DNA from: Deltaproteobacteria bacterium | Lineage (GTDB): Bacteria > Myxococcota_A > UBA9160 > SMWR01 | NCBI GenBank assembly: GCA_032128115.1 | Contig: JAQBHB010000054.1 | Coordinates: 1 to 64,000, forward strand | DNA length: 64,000 bases | Reading direction: 5' to 3' | In this document: positions 37,165 to 47,246 of the stretch, piece by piece | How the letters are laid out: every line of letters begins with the position of its first letter | Numbering within the stretch: position 1 is the stretch's first letter | Made by a program: the position numbers and the translations under genes | Notes under the pieces: model-generated | The model's input: only the letters and a program-made list of their open reading frames with translations | What the model was told of the DNA's origin: nothing | Database searches by the model: none

Positions 37165-38509
37165 CGGCGATGGTCATCTTGGCGATGCGCAGTGACGGCG
37201 AGGCGATGCGGCCGATCCAGACCAGGTCGGAGCCCACGACATCCACGGCGGCCAGCATGTCGCGCAGGTTCCCGGCGATGGTGATCTCCTCCACCGGGTG
37301 GCTGATCTTGCCGCCCTCGATCCACAGGCCCGCGGCGCCGCGCGAGTAGTCGCCGGTCACCGGATTGAAACCCATGCCGATCAACTCGGTCACGAGCAGG
37401 CCACGGCGCGTGTCGGCGATGATCTGCGCAAGGCTTGCGTCGCCGGGCTCGAGCCAGAGGTTGGTGGGGGCGGCGTGGGGCGCGCTGCCGGCGCCGCGCG
37501 CAGCGTTGCCGGTGGTGCGCATGCCCAGCTTGCGCGCCGAGTAGCTGTCCAGCAGCCAACTTTCCAGGCGCCCCCCGCTCACGATGGTGTTGCGCCGGGT
37601 GGGCTGACCCTCGCCGTCGAAGGGCTTGCTGCCCAGGCCACCCGGGCGGCGTCCATCGTCGATCACGGTCACGCGTTCGTTTGCGATCTCCTGGCCCAGG
37701 CATCCGGCCAGGAAGCTCGTCTCGCGGTACACGGCGTAGCCGTTGACGCACGCGGCCAGGTGCCCCAGCAGACTCGGCGCCGTCACCGGGTCGAAGATCA
37801 CGGGGGCTTCGCACGTGGGCACCCGGACGGCGCCCAGCCGGCGGGTGGCGCGCTCGGCGGCGCGCTGGCCCACGCGGGTCGGCTCCTCCAGGTCGGACAG
37901 GCGACGCGCCACGGTCATCCAGTAGTCGCGCTGCATGGAGCCGTTCTCGCGCGCCACCGGCTCGGAATAGAGCGAATGGGTGGCGGTGTCGTATTCGCCG
38001 AAGAAGCCCTCGCTGTTGCCGTAGGCCACCTTCGAAAAATCCGAGCCCACCGTTGAGCCCTCGGAGTTCACCACCCGCACATCGGCGGCCCGAGCCGACG
38101 TCTCCGCGCTGCGCGCGTCCTGGATGCGCGCGTCTACGGACACGGCCCGGTCGCCGGGATCCCAGAGCAGAAGCTCCGGGAAGTCGACGGCGTAGCCGTC
38201 CCCGGGAAGCCCGGCGTGCGGGTCGTTTGCGGTGGCCCGGGCCAGGGCCACCGTCTCGTCGGCCATGCGGTCCACGGCCTCCGGGGACAGGTCGCTGGTG
38301 GACGTCACGGCGGTTCGGAAGCCCCCGGTTCCGCCCACCAGGGCCCGGATGCCCAGGGCGTGCTCCCGCGCCTGGGTCACGAACTCGATCTCCTCGCCGC
38401 GGACCCGCGCCTCCAGGGAGTCGCCCTCCGCCATCAGGGCATCGGCTGCGTCGGCGCCGGCGCGCCGGGCGCGGGCGAGGGCGCGCTCGATCACGTCGCG
38501 CGCGCTCAT
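37157..38509 (-). CDS. pmbA: TldE/PmbA family protein
   Basis: PFDGEG, YSARKLG...TGNA, NPVTGDYSRGAAG, EITIAGN; no HExxxH. Confidence 0.93.
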   Translation of the reverse strand: MSARDVIERALARARRAGADAADALMAEGDSLEARVRGEEIEFVTQAREHALGIRALVGGTGGFRTAVTSTSDLSPEAVDRMADETVALARATANDPHAGLPGDGYAVDFPELLLWDPGDRAVSVDARIQDARSAETSARAADVRVVNSEGSTVGSDFSKVAYGNSEGFFGEYDTATHSLYSEPVARENGSMQRDYWMTVARRLSDLEEPTRVGQRAAERATRRLGAVRVPTCEAPVIFDPVTAPSLLGHLAACVNGYAVYRETSFLAGCLGQEIANERVTVIDDGRRPGGLGSKPFDGEGQPTRRNTIVSGGRLESWLLDSYSARKLGMRTTGNAARGAGSAPHAAPTNLWLEPGDASLAQIIADTRRGLLVTELIGMGFNPVTGDYSRGAAGLWIEGGKISHPVEEITIAGNLRDMLAAVDVVGSDLVWIGRIASPSLRIAKMTIAGE

Positions 38510-39969
38510 CCCGCGGTTCCTCCCACGGTGAGTCCGTCCACGCGAATCGTGGGCAGGCCCACCCCTACGGGAACGCTCTGGCCGTCCTTGCCGCAGGTGC
38601 CCACGCCGTGATCGAGTTCCAGATTGTTGCCCACGTGGCTCACGCGCGTGAGCACGTCCGGACCGTTGCCGATCAGGGTGGCGCCCTTGACGGGGGCGCC
38701 CAGGCGTCCGTCCTCGATGAGGTAGGCCTCGTTGGCCGAGAACACGAACTTGCCGCTGGTGATGTCCACCTGGCCGCCGCCGAACGAGACGGCGTACAGC
38801 CCGCGCTTGACGCTGCGCAGGATCTCGTCCGGATCCTCCTGGCCAGCCAGCATGAACGTATTGGTCATGCGAGGCATGGGCAGGTGGGCGTAGCTCTCCC
38901 GGCGCCCGTTGCCCGTGGGCGCCACGCCCATGAGGCGCGCGTTGAGCCGGTCCTGCAGGTATCCGCGCAGCACCCCGTCCTCGATCAGCACGGTGCGCTG
39001 CGTGGGGGTGCCTTCGTCGTCCACGTTGAGAGAGCCGCGACGCGCTTCCAGCGTGCCGTCGTCCACGACAGTGACGCTCTCGGAGGCCACCCGTTGTCCC
39101 AGGCGATCGGAGAAGGCGGAGGTTCCCTTGCGGTTGAAGTCGCCCTCGAGCCCGTGGCCCACGGCTTCGTGGAGCAGGATGCACGGCCAGCCTGGACCCA
39201 GGACCACGTCCATGCTGCCGGCGGGGCAGGCAACCGCGTCCAGGTTGAGGGTGGCCACGCGCACGGCTTCGGCCACCAGTGGCTTCCAGGCATCGGCATC
39301 CAGCAGGCGCGAAAGCTCGAAGCGCCCCCCGGCTCCCTGGTAACCGATCTCGCGATGCGCGCCGCCGGGGTCGCTGGCGACCACCTGGACGTTCAGGCGC
39401 ACCAGCGGCCGGACGTCACCCACGCGGGTTCCGTCGCTGCCCACCATCAGCAGCGTGCGGTACTGGCTCACCACGCTGGCCATCACCTGGGTGACCCGGG
39501 GATCGAGTCTGCGGGCATAGGCGTCGATCTCGCCGAGCAGGTCGACCTTGCTCTCCACCGGGACGTCGGTGGGTGCCAGTTCCACGGGATAGAGATCATG
39601 TCGGGGCGAGATGCCGGCGATGGCCAGCGCTCGCGACTCGCGCGATTCCTGGGAGATGGCGCGGGCGGTGGACGCCGCCAGCTTCAGGCTCTCGACCGTC
39701 ACGTCGTCCGTGTGGGCATAGCCCTGCCTCTCCCCGGCCACGGCGCGGACGCCGACTCCCTGCTCCAGGTGGCGGTCTCCGCTCTTCACGATTCCCTCTT
39801 CGAGGGACACGGAGTCCTGGGTGGTGTACTCGAAGAACAGGTCGGCGTAGTCCACCTGGCGCTCGAGTGCGGTGTCGAGCGCCGTGGTGAGGCTCGTGTC
39901 GTCCAGGCCGAAACGGTCGCGGAAGAAATGCACGGCCTCGTCGTCACGCCGCGCCGAAGACTCACTCAT
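38506..39969 (-). CDS. tldD: Metalloprotease TldD
   Basis: HEAVGHGLEGD, DDEG, GNGRRES, PMPRMTN, CGKDGQ.VPV. Confidence 0.96.
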   Translation of the reverse strand: MSESSARRDDEAVHFFRDRFGLDDTSLTTALDTALERQVDYADLFFEYTTQDSVSLEEGIVKSGDRHLEQGVGVRAVAGERQGYAHTDDVTVESLKLAASTARAISQESRESRALAIAGISPRHDLYPVELAPTDVPVESKVDLLGEIDAYARRLDPRVTQVMASVVSQYRTLLMVGSDGTRVGDVRPLVRLNVQVVASDPGGAHREIGYQGAGGRFELSRLLDADAWKPLVAEAVRVATLNLDAVACPAGSMDVVLGPGWPCILLHEAVGHGLEGDFNRKGTSAFSDRLGQRVASESVTVVDDGTLEARRGSLNVDDEGTPTQRTVLIEDGVLRGYLQDRLNARLMGVAPTGNGRRESYAHLPMPRMTNTFMLAGQEDPDEILRSVKRGLYAVSFGGGQVDITSGKFVFSANEAYLIEDGRLGAPVKGATLIGNGPDVLTRVSHVGNNLELDHGVGTCGKDGQSVPVGVGLPTIRVDGLTVGGTAG

Positions 39970-40717
39970 TGGGACTCCCGTTCGTTCCGTTCTTGGGGAC
40001 CGCTCCGGATCCGATCGATTCCAGGTGATCCGGGAGTTCGGCCAGCGTAGCAAGCCGACCCACATCCACAGCAAAGAGCCCGGCGTTGCGCGCCGCCAGC
40101 ATGTCGTTCTCGTGGTCGTCGCCCACATAGAGCGAGGCCCCGGGCGCGACGCCCAGGCGCGCCAGGGCGAAGGCGAAGATGCGCGGGTCGGGCTTGGCGG
40201 CCAGGGCGTCGCTCGGCAGGATCACGAAGTCGAAATACCGGGTCAATCCGAGGCCTTCGAGGATTTTGCGGAGGCGCTGGTCGAAGTTCGAGAGGACCGC
40301 CAGGGCCAGACCCCGGCCCCGCAGCCGGGGCAGGACCTCCCGGGCGCCGGCGCGGGGCCGCCACGTCTCGGGCCGCGCGAAGGTCGCAAACAGACGCTCG
40401 AAGAAGGCGTCGAAATCGCCGGGCTCGCCGAAGTGCGCGTTCGGATCGGCGCGCCGGAAGGTGTCGCGCACCACGTCGCGCCACCACGCGCGCTCCCGGT
40501 CGGCCACGCGTGAAGGCTCGATTCCAGCGAAGACCATGGGCGGCGCCCGGCGATGGGCGCCGGCGAAGGCCTCTGCCAGGCGCGGCGCATCGACGCGCAC
40601 GCCGAAGTCGGCGGCGACCCGGGCGTAGATCGCGGCCACGGGTTCGTGCAGTTCGATCAGCGTTCCCGCCGCGTCGAACAGGACGGCGTCGAACAGGGCG
40701 GCGTCGATTTTCGACAT
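39962..40717 (-). CDS. HAD-superfamily hydrolase (REG-2-like)
   Basis: FDAAGTL, SNFD.R, KPDPRIF, VGD...ND. Confidence 0.9.
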   Translation of the reverse strand: MSKIDAALFDAVLFDAAGTLIELHEPVAAIYARVAADFGVRVDAPRLAEAFAGAHRRAPPMVFAGIEPSRVADRERAWWRDVVRDTFRRADPNAHFGEPGDFDAFFERLFATFARPETWRPRAGAREVLPRLRGRGLALAVLSNFDQRLRKILEGLGLTRYFDFVILPSDALAAKPDPRIFAFALARLGVAPGASLYVGDDHENDMLAARNAGLFAVDVGRLATLAELPDHLESIGSGAVPKNGTNGSPNE

Positions 40718-40749
40718 GGGCCTCCTGACGCGCCACAACGCGCCCGTTG

Positions 40750-41706
40750 CTACGCCGACTGACGGGGGCGGCGGCCGGAAGCGATGAAGACGGCGGGAAG
40801 GTCGCGGTTCGAGGAGAGGCCCTCGTGCTCGTCGCAGCGGTAGGCCACGAGGCCGGCCTCCCGGAACCAGGTCTCGATTTCGACGGGGCCGAATCCCAGC
40901 CACATCACGCCCAGTTCCTGGCGCATCCACTCGTGTTCGTGGGAAACGAAATCCACCACCACCACGGTGCCGCCCGGAGCCACGGCCCGCGCCATCTCGC
41001 GAATCGCCTCGCCGGGCGACGCCAGGTAGTGCAGCACCATGTGCGCCAGGGCCGCATCCACTTCGGCGTCCGCCAGGGGCAGGGCGGCGGCTTCGCCCCG
41101 GCGAAGCTCCACGTTTTCGAGGCCCGCGGCGTCGATCTTGGCGCGGGCCGCGTCGAGCATGCGCGCCGAGTTGTCCACGGCGATCACACGCAGTCCCAGG
41201 CGCGCCAGCTCGATGGCCAATACGCCGGTGCCGGTGCCCACGTCGGCCACGCTGCGGTCCGGGTCCACCAGGCGCGCGATGGCCTGGGCCCGCAGCGCAT
41301 CGTCGTTGAACACCTTGCGCAGGGCGTCCCACTCGGGACCCACGGAGTCGAAGAAGCTCCGCGTGCGCTCGGCGCGCGCCTCGAGCACGCGCGACAGGGC
41401 CGCGGTGTCGCGCTCGGATGTGGAGCCGTTGCGCAGGCTGCGCTGCACCAGGGCCCAGGTTTCGCTCCAGACTCCCTCCGCCGGCGGCGCGAAGCGATAG
41501 AACACATAGGTGCCGTCGCGCCGGTCCTTCAGCAGTCCCGCCTCGCGCAGGATCGCCAGGTGTCGCGATACGCGCGATTGCGCCATGCCCAGGACTTCCA
41601 TCAGTTCCTGTACCGCGAGCTCTTCCCGCTCCAGGAGCCACAGGATCCGGACCCGGGTGGGATCCGAGAACGTCTTGAAGACCTTCTGAAGCGATTCGGG
41701 ACTCAT
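40750..41706 (-). CDS. ArsR HTH + SAM-methyltransferase-domain regulator (SahR-like)
   Basis: FK..SDPTR.RIL, QSRVSRHL; DVGTGTG; HMVLH; H..EW.R....WLGF. Confidence 0.88.
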   Translation of the reverse strand: MSPESLQKVFKTFSDPTRVRILWLLEREELAVQELMEVLGMAQSRVSRHLAILREAGLLKDRRDGTYVFYRFAPPAEGVWSETWALVQRSLRNGSTSERDTAALSRVLEARAERTRSFFDSVGPEWDALRKVFNDDALRAQAIARLVDPDRSVADVGTGTGVLAIELARLGLRVIAVDNSARMLDAARAKIDAAGLENVELRRGEAAALPLADAEVDAALAHMVLHYLASPGEAIREMARAVAPGGTVVVVDFVSHEHEWMRQELGVMWLGFGPVEIETWFREAGLVAYRCDEHEGLSSNRDLPAVFIASGRRPRQSA

Positions 41707-41722
41707 GACGGCGGGAATGTCC

Positions 41723-42559
41723 TCAGCGCAGCGTCGGGCTTTCGAGCGTGCCGCCCAGGCGAAGCCGCGCCTTGCCGTCGCGCCCGATCCGGAGGCCGGC
41801 TGACTCCAGCAGGGGGCGGATGCCGGGCTCCGAGTCGATCTCCACGAGGAGGTTCAGGGCGGCCGAGGCCAGGTTGCTCGCCTGGGCGATGTGCCCCGTT
41901 ACGTCGGCGCGCAGCAGCGGCCCATCCAGGTGCAGGGAATCCACTTTCAGGATGGATTCGCCGCCCAGGGCCAGTGCACCCTCGATGCGGGTGAAGGGCA
42001 CGGCCACGGGAATGTCGGGAAGGATGAGGCTGCCCTCGAAGGCTTCGAAGGCGGCCCACCCTTCGACTCCCTGGTCGCCGAGCCGCAGGTCCAGCGAGGC
42101 GTCCACGAGGCCCTCGGCGTCGAGTCCCGGCCACAGGTCCGACAGGGGAAGCTCGGCCAGGTCGACCTGGTGCAGCTCCCCTTGCCAACTGCCGGCGCCG
42201 TTGAGGGTGAAGACCCCGTCGGCCTCTCCCAGGGGGCCCGTGAGGACGGCGTGTACGGCGGGCGCGCCCCGGAACCAGGAGAGCGACCAGGCCGGACGCA
42301 CCCGGGCCCGGTCCAGCTCGATTTCGTCACCGCTTGCCAGGCGCAGAGTCACCCCGGTGGCCTCGAGACCCGGACCCTGCAGGGCGAGGCTCGGACCCAG
42401 CGACACCATGGCCAGCGAAACACCCGACTGCTGGCCCAGACGCGTTGCCAGATAGTCGGCCAGTTGGGTGTACGGAAATCCCACGAAGATGAAGAAGAGG
42501 GTCAGAGTGAACCCGGCCGCGGGGATCGCGCCGAATCGGACCCAGCGCGATCCGGCCAC
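41723..42559 (-). CDS. gspN: T2SS protein GspN
   Basis: Position after gspM; N-terminal TM with FPY; beta-rich; ends GTL..P. Confidence 0.8.
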   Translation of the reverse strand: MAGSRWVRFGAIPAAGFTLTLFFIFVGFPYTQLADYLATRLGQQSGVSLAMVSLGPSLALQGPGLEATGVTLRLASGDEIELDRARVRPAWSLSWFRGAPAVHAVLTGPLGEADGVFTLNGAGSWQGELHQVDLAELPLSDLWPGLDAEGLVDASLDLRLGDQGVEGWAAFEAFEGSLILPDIPVAVPFTRIEGALALGGESILKVDSLHLDGPLLRADVTGHIAQASNLASAALNLLVEIDSEPGIRPLLESAGLRIGRDGKARLRLGGTLESPTLR

Positions 42560-43108
42560 CTAGAGCGGCTCGAACGACGAGACGGTGAACGTCACGTCCA
42601 GGAGCTCGGGCGCATCGGGCCGTGTGCGGATGCGCAGGCTCTTCACCGAAAGCACCTGAGACGCGTCCTCGATCCGGTGCAGGTAGTTCACGGCCTGGGC
42701 CAGGGTGACTTCTTCGAGTCCCACCAGGACCTTCGTCTCCTTGTAGCGGTCGTGGGAGGGAGAAGCCTGGGGCTCCATGGATTCCACCTTGACGGCCGAC
42801 TGGCCGGCCAGGCTCTCCAGGGTGGTGCGCAGGTTTCCTCGCCGGCCACTCAGGATGCGCTGCTCCACCGACGTCAATCGGCCGTTCACCTCGTCGAACT
42901 CGCGGCGCAGGCGCTTCACCACCTGCAGCTGGGTCTCGGCGGCCTCCAGGCGCTGGCCGACGCGTCCGGACGCGGCCTTCACCGGCAGGACGCCCACGAA
43001 GTACACCAGCGCCACCCCCAGCGCGGCGCACGCGGCCAGCACCAGGGCCCGTTCGCGCGGTGCCAGGTTCGAGAATGCGGCACGCAGCCGGTCGCGCAGC
43101 TCGTTCAC
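42560..43108 (-). CDS. gspM: T2SS protein GspM
   Basis: L.PRER + TM + coiled coil + ferredoxin-like domain. Confidence 0.85.
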   Translation of the reverse strand: MNELRDRLRAAFSNLAPRERALVLAACAALGVALVYFVGVLPVKAASGRVGQRLEAAETQLQVVKRLRREFDEVNGRLTSVEQRILSGRRGNLRTTLESLAGQSAVKVESMEPQASPSHDRYKETKVLVGLEEVTLAQAVNYLHRIEDASQVLSVKSLRIRTRPDAPELLDVTFTVSSFEPL

Positions 43109-44679
43109 CGCGGATCCTCCGAAGCTGCCAGGCTGATGGTCACGTTGAAGCGCTTGCCGCCGCGCTTTTCGTCGTTTTCGATGGCGCCGATGCGGGCGCC
43201 CGAGAAGGGCGCGAAGCGGCCGAGTTCGGCTCCCAGACGGTCCGCCGCCTCGAAGGTCTTGGACCAGGCCTTCATGCGGATGGTCTGGCGATCGATGCTG
43301 ATCTCTTCGAGCACGATCTCCAGATTCGCGGGAATCAGGCGGGAGATTTCGGCCAGCACGTCCAGGGCCGACAGGTTGCCCCGGTACACGCCCAGGAATT
43401 CCGCGCGCTCGTTGGCGTCGCGCACCGCATTGCGCAGGCTCGATACGGCGGTGTCGGAGGTGGCACCGGGCACGGCGGCGGCGGTGATCTGCGCCACCTG
43501 GGCTTCGACCGCGGCGGCGCGTCGCGAGTCCAGGACCACGTGGGTGCCGAAGCTCACCACTGCGAGGCCCGCAGCCACACCGGCCCATACGCCGGTGGCA
43601 CCGAAGTCGCGCCGGAACCGGTCGAGGTCGAGCCGTAGGGCGAACTCCTCCTGGCGGAAATTCATGCGGGTGCGGGCGTCCGACGTGCCTCGAAGCGCCA
43701 GGGCGGTGGCGGGTGCGAAGAGCAGGGGCGAGCCCCCGGCCGCGAGCCCGGCGCTGGCACCCGGCTTCGGCAGGCCCAGGCGCCCGGTCTGGACGCCGAT
43801 GCGCTCGGCCAGGAAGTGGTCGATGCGATCGAGCTGGGCCGTGCCGCCGAACAAGGTGATCTCGGAGACCACCGAGGTACCGTGGCTCAAGAGCACGGGT
43901 TCCAGGGACGCCAGGGTGCGGGCGATCTCGCGGGCGATGCGATCGAGCACTGCCAGCGCCTCGGAGTCCGTGTCCAGTGCCCCAGAGGCGCCTCCGAACA
44001 GGCCCTCCTCGCACTTGGCGCGCTCGGCGTCCTCGGGTGTCAGATTGCGATCCTTGGCCACGGCTTCCGTGAGGGCGGCGCCCGCGATGGGTACGCTGCG
44101 CGCCGACACCGGGCGTCCGTCCACCAGCAGGCACAGCGTGGTCTTGCGATGGCCCAGGTCCACCAGCAGCCGCGAACCGGGCAGGTCGAAGGCCGCGGCC
44201 AGGTTGCCGAGCACCAGCCCCTCGGCCTCCAGGGTGCGGGGCTGGCAGGCGCTGCTGGCCAGCGACTGCAGCAGATCCGAGACCTCGCTGCGGGGGGCCA
44301 GGCTGGCGAAGATCTCGGCGCGGGCGCGGTCGCCCCCCACCTGTTCCCAATCCACCACGAAGTCGTCGATGTCGAAGGGCAGCTGCGCCTCGATCTCGAA
44401 GGGCACCGCCTGCACCAGCCGCTTTCGGTCGCGGAACGGGAACTCCAGCCGGCGTGAGGAGACGCAGTCGCCGGGCAGCGCTGTGACCACGTGCTCGGTA
44501 GAGAAGCCGTGAAGAGACAGGAAGTGCCCCACCAGCTCGGGCAGCGGGATCTCCGGGTCGTCGCGTTGCAGCAGCTGGAACTGCGCCACCTCGTGGCCGC
44601 GGAGGGTCTTGCGCAGCTCGACCGCCTTCAGGCTGAAGCTACCGAGATCGAGACCGAGAACGTTCTTGAGGATGGGCAT
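43105..44679 (-). CDS. gspL: T2SS protein GspL (PilM-like cytoplasmic domain + PilN-like periplasmic domain)
   Basis: LGLDLGS..LK, VDLGH..T, GG.A, NFRQ.EF, TM. Confidence 0.85.
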   Translation of the reverse strand: MPILKNVLGLDLGSFSLKAVELRKTLRGHEVAQFQLLQRDDPEIPLPELVGHFLSLHGFSTEHVVTALPGDCVSSRRLEFPFRDRKRLVQAVPFEIEAQLPFDIDDFVVDWEQVGGDRARAEIFASLAPRSEVSDLLQSLASSACQPRTLEAEGLVLGNLAAAFDLPGSRLLVDLGHRKTTLCLLVDGRPVSARSVPIAGAALTEAVAKDRNLTPEDAERAKCEEGLFGGASGALDTDSEALAVLDRIAREIARTLASLEPVLLSHGTSVVSEITLFGGTAQLDRIDHFLAERIGVQTGRLGLPKPGASAGLAAGGSPLLFAPATALALRGTSDARTRMNFRQEEFALRLDLDRFRRDFGATGVWAGVAAGLAVVSFGTHVVLDSRRAAAVEAQVAQITAAAVPGATSDTAVSSLRNAVRDANERAEFLGVYRGNLSALDVLAEISRLIPANLEIVLEEISIDRQTIRMKAWSKTFEAADRLGAELGRFAPFSGARIGAIENDEKRGGKRFNVTISLAASEDPR

Positions 44680-44698
44680 GGGAAGCGGGCGCCTGGAT

Positions 44699-45718
44699 CT
44701 AGCGTGTGCGCCAGGATAGCACCCAGGGGTCGGCGGGGTCGGCGCGATCGATCACGGCCTCCAGCGTGCGCTGGACCTCCCCCACCTGGGCCTGGGCGGA
44801 GACGACGAACACATGGGATTCCCAGGCCGGAGGCGGGAAGATCTCGTTGGGGACGATCTCGTTCAGGACTACGCAACTCTCTGCGCTGGCCGCCTCTGGA
44901 CACAGCACCTCTCCGTCCCGGCGGATCTCCAGGATCTCGCGCACCACGTCCTCTGGGGCCAGGCGCATCTCCACTCCGTCGAACAGATACAGGAGCGAGA
45001 GCACGTGGGGCGGGGCCGTGTTGAGGTTGATGCCAGCGCCTCCCACGTAGGGGTGGACGGTCAGGTAGGGGCGAAGGGCGTCCACCAGGCGGCCGTCGAA
45101 ACCCTCGATCAGGCGCAACTCGTCCAGGCTGAGCAGGGGGCCGTTGGCGGCCCGGTAGGGCGGATCCTGTCGCTGGTAGTAGTCGTTCTCGCCGCCGCCT
45201 GCCTGGCGCAGGTCGTCCTTATCGAGATAGTCGATCAGGTTCTCGGCCAGCTCGCGGGTGTCATACAGGCGCAGCTCCGGGGGCAGGTCCTCGATCACCT
45301 TCTCGAACATCTCGTGCAGGAAGGGCACGGTCTTGCCGTCCAGCGCGCCACTTTCGTCGAAGCTCACCAGGGCGTTCAGGTTGAGCCGGGTTCCGGCGTC
45401 TTCGATCTGGAGGCGCAGGCTGGAACCGTCTTCGGTCGAAATCGGCGTCTCCCCCAGCAGGGCCCAGGGCTCCAGGTGGCTGTCCAGCCCGGGGCCGCCG
45501 CCGGCCGAATCCTCAAGCAACACGGCGGTGGCCAGCCGGATGCCACCTCGGGCCAGGGCCTCGGCCCGGGCCACCGACTCCCGGTTGAGCGCGATCCGGT
45601 AGTCCAGGGTGGCGCGTCGCGTGAAGGTGGCGATGCTGCTGGTGAGCAGCAGCGCGAAGAACAGCACCAGCAGCAGCACGACGCCCCGTTGCCGTCGGGC
45701 TTCTCCGGCTACCAGCAT
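44699..45718 (-). CDS. gspK: T2SS minor pseudopilin GspK
   Basis: RG|VVLLLVL, IED...RLNLN, IDY.D.D, EL..IEGF, INLNTAP. Confidence 0.9.
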   Translation of the reverse strand: MLVAGEARRQRGVVLLLVLFFALLLTSSIATFTRRATLDYRIALNRESVARAEALARGGIRLATAVLLEDSAGGGPGLDSHLEPWALLGETPISTEDGSSLRLQIEDAGTRLNLNALVSFDESGALDGKTVPFLHEMFEKVIEDLPPELRLYDTRELAENLIDYLDKDDLRQAGGGENDYYQRQDPPYRAANGPLLSLDELRLIEGFDGRLVDALRPYLTVHPYVGGAGINLNTAPPHVLSLLYLFDGVEMRLAPEDVVREILEIRRDGEVLCPEAASAESCVVLNEIVPNEIFPPPAWESHVFVVSAQAQVGEVQRTLEAVIDRADPADPWVLSWRTR

Positions 45719-46713
45719 TCGCGACAATTTCTGGGGACGGTGTTGGCGTCGATGCCGAGGCTCGCGATGCGTTGCCGAGAGAACTCGCCGAAATCCCGCG
45801 TCCCGTTGGCCTGGATGAACGAGCCGGTTTCGACGGCGGCGTTGGGGAACTCCGCCAGGTAGCGCGCGCCCTCGAGGCACGAGATCACGGTGAGCCCGCA
45901 CGCGACCTGGTCTCCGTTTTCCCCATTCTCAGCGTCCTCGTCGTCTTCGTCGGTTTGTCCAGCGCCCGTTCCGCCGGCGCGCGTGGGATCGAGCAGGTCC
46001 GCCAGTTGACGGGGGCGAACCGGCAGCAGCACGCGCCGTCGGTAGACCGTGGGTTCTTCTTCGTCGAGGCTGTCGAAGCCGTCGTCGTCGACTTCCGGCG
46101 CCAGGGCCAACTGGATCTCCACGGCCCGGGGCAACTCACCCGACTGGGCCAGCTGCGACGAGTCCCATTCGCTGATCCAGTCGCCGCCCTCGCTGAGGAA
46201 CAGGATCCCGAACGAGGCCAGGCCGTCCAACAACAGCGGTGTCAGGTCGTCGGAATCGTAGAGGGGGAACTCGCGGTCCAGGCTCTCGGGCAGACGCGGA
46301 ATCGACGTGCGCAGGAGCTCCAGTCGATCGTCGTCGTTGCGGCGCACCGTGTAGCTCACCACCGCCAGGTCCGACTCGTGGGACTGGTTGCTTCGGGCCC
46401 GGTGGTTGCGGGTCACGAACTTGACGTGATCGGCGCCTGTGTCCGAGTAGTGCGACTCGCCCAGGAACAGCCACGGGTGCAGGAGCGGATCGAGCTCCTC
46501 GGGCTTGGCGATGAGCATGGCGCTCTCCAGGTCGCGCGCCACCCGGTCGAGAACGGCGGTTGCCTGGCGGATTTCGCGGGTTCGCTCGGTGGCCCGCTGG
46601 CTCGCGTACGAAAGATCCATGTAGTAGTCGAGGGCCAGGCCAAGCACGAGGCCCGTGAGTGCCATCACCGCCAGCACCTCGATCAGGGTGAATCCGTCTC
46701 GCCGCGGCATCAT
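45709..46713 (-). CDS. gspJ: T2SS minor pseudopilin GspJ
   Basis: G|FTLIEVL, ..RDL..A, W..EWDS, LPRAVEI. Confidence 0.88.
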   Translation of the reverse strand: MMPRRDGFTLIEVLAVMALTGLVLGLALDYYMDLSYASQRATERTREIRQATAVLDRVARDLESAMLIAKPEELDPLLHPWLFLGESHYSDTGADHVKFVTRNHRARSNQSHESDLAVVSYTVRRNDDDRLELLRTSIPRLPESLDREFPLYDSDDLTPLLLDGLASFGILFLSEGGDWISEWDSSQLAQSGELPRAVEIQLALAPEVDDDGFDSLDEEEPTVYRRRVLLPVRPRQLADLLDPTRAGGTGAGQTDEDDEDAENGENGDQVACGLTVISCLEGARYLAEFPNAAVETGSFIQANGTRDFGEFSRQRIASLGIDANTVPRNCRECW

Positions 46714-47246
46714 CGCGTCTCGACCGGCAGCTGCTTCGCCAGGTCCTCGATGCTGAGCTCCCGATTGGCGTCGTCGCGAGCCTCGCCCGCCACCGGCAGG
46801 CCGGCTGCGAAGGCCGCGGCGTCGTATCCGTAGCTGGTTCGCGACACGCTCATCTCGCTCTCGCCCTCGAGCCAGCTCACGGTGATCAGGATTTCGCGCA
46901 GGCTCTTCAGTCCTTCGCTGATCGGCTCGTCGCTGGCGGGGTCGACGGCGTTTCCCGGGGTCGGCGGCTGGGGCAGCTGGAAGGGACGTACCTCGACCAC
47001 CACGGAGAACTCCTCTTGTTCGCTCTCCTGGCGGCCGTCCGGGAGCGGCGTGCCCGCATCCAGCTCGATCTCCAGATCGCTCAGGCGCTGATCGGCCAGC
47101 AGCGAGGCCTCCAGTCGCCGCACACTGCGGCCCTCGGAGCGCAGGCTCTGGATCGCCGCCTCGGCCAGCACGCTGAAGACGATGCCAAGGATCGCCACGG
47201 CGGCCATCACCTCGAGCAGCGTGAAGCCGCGGCTACGAGCCGTCAT
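46710..47246 (-). CDS. gspI: T2SS minor pseudopilin GspI
   Basis: G|FTLLEVMAAVAIL; LREI.ITVSW. Confidence 0.88.
   Translation of the reverse strand: MTARSRGFTLLEVMAAVAILGIVFSVLAEAAIQSLRSEGRSVRRLEASLLADQRLSDLEIELDAGTPLPDGRQESEQEEFSVVVEVRPFQLPQPPTPGNAVDPASDEPISEGLKSLREILITVSWLEGESEMSVSRTSYGYDAAAFAAGLPVAGEARDDANRELSIEDLAKQLPVETR

Noticed and set aside
37157..39969. RiPP cluster around tldD/pmbA
   Set aside because: No precursor peptide, YcaO, radical SAM or other modification enzyme nearby.
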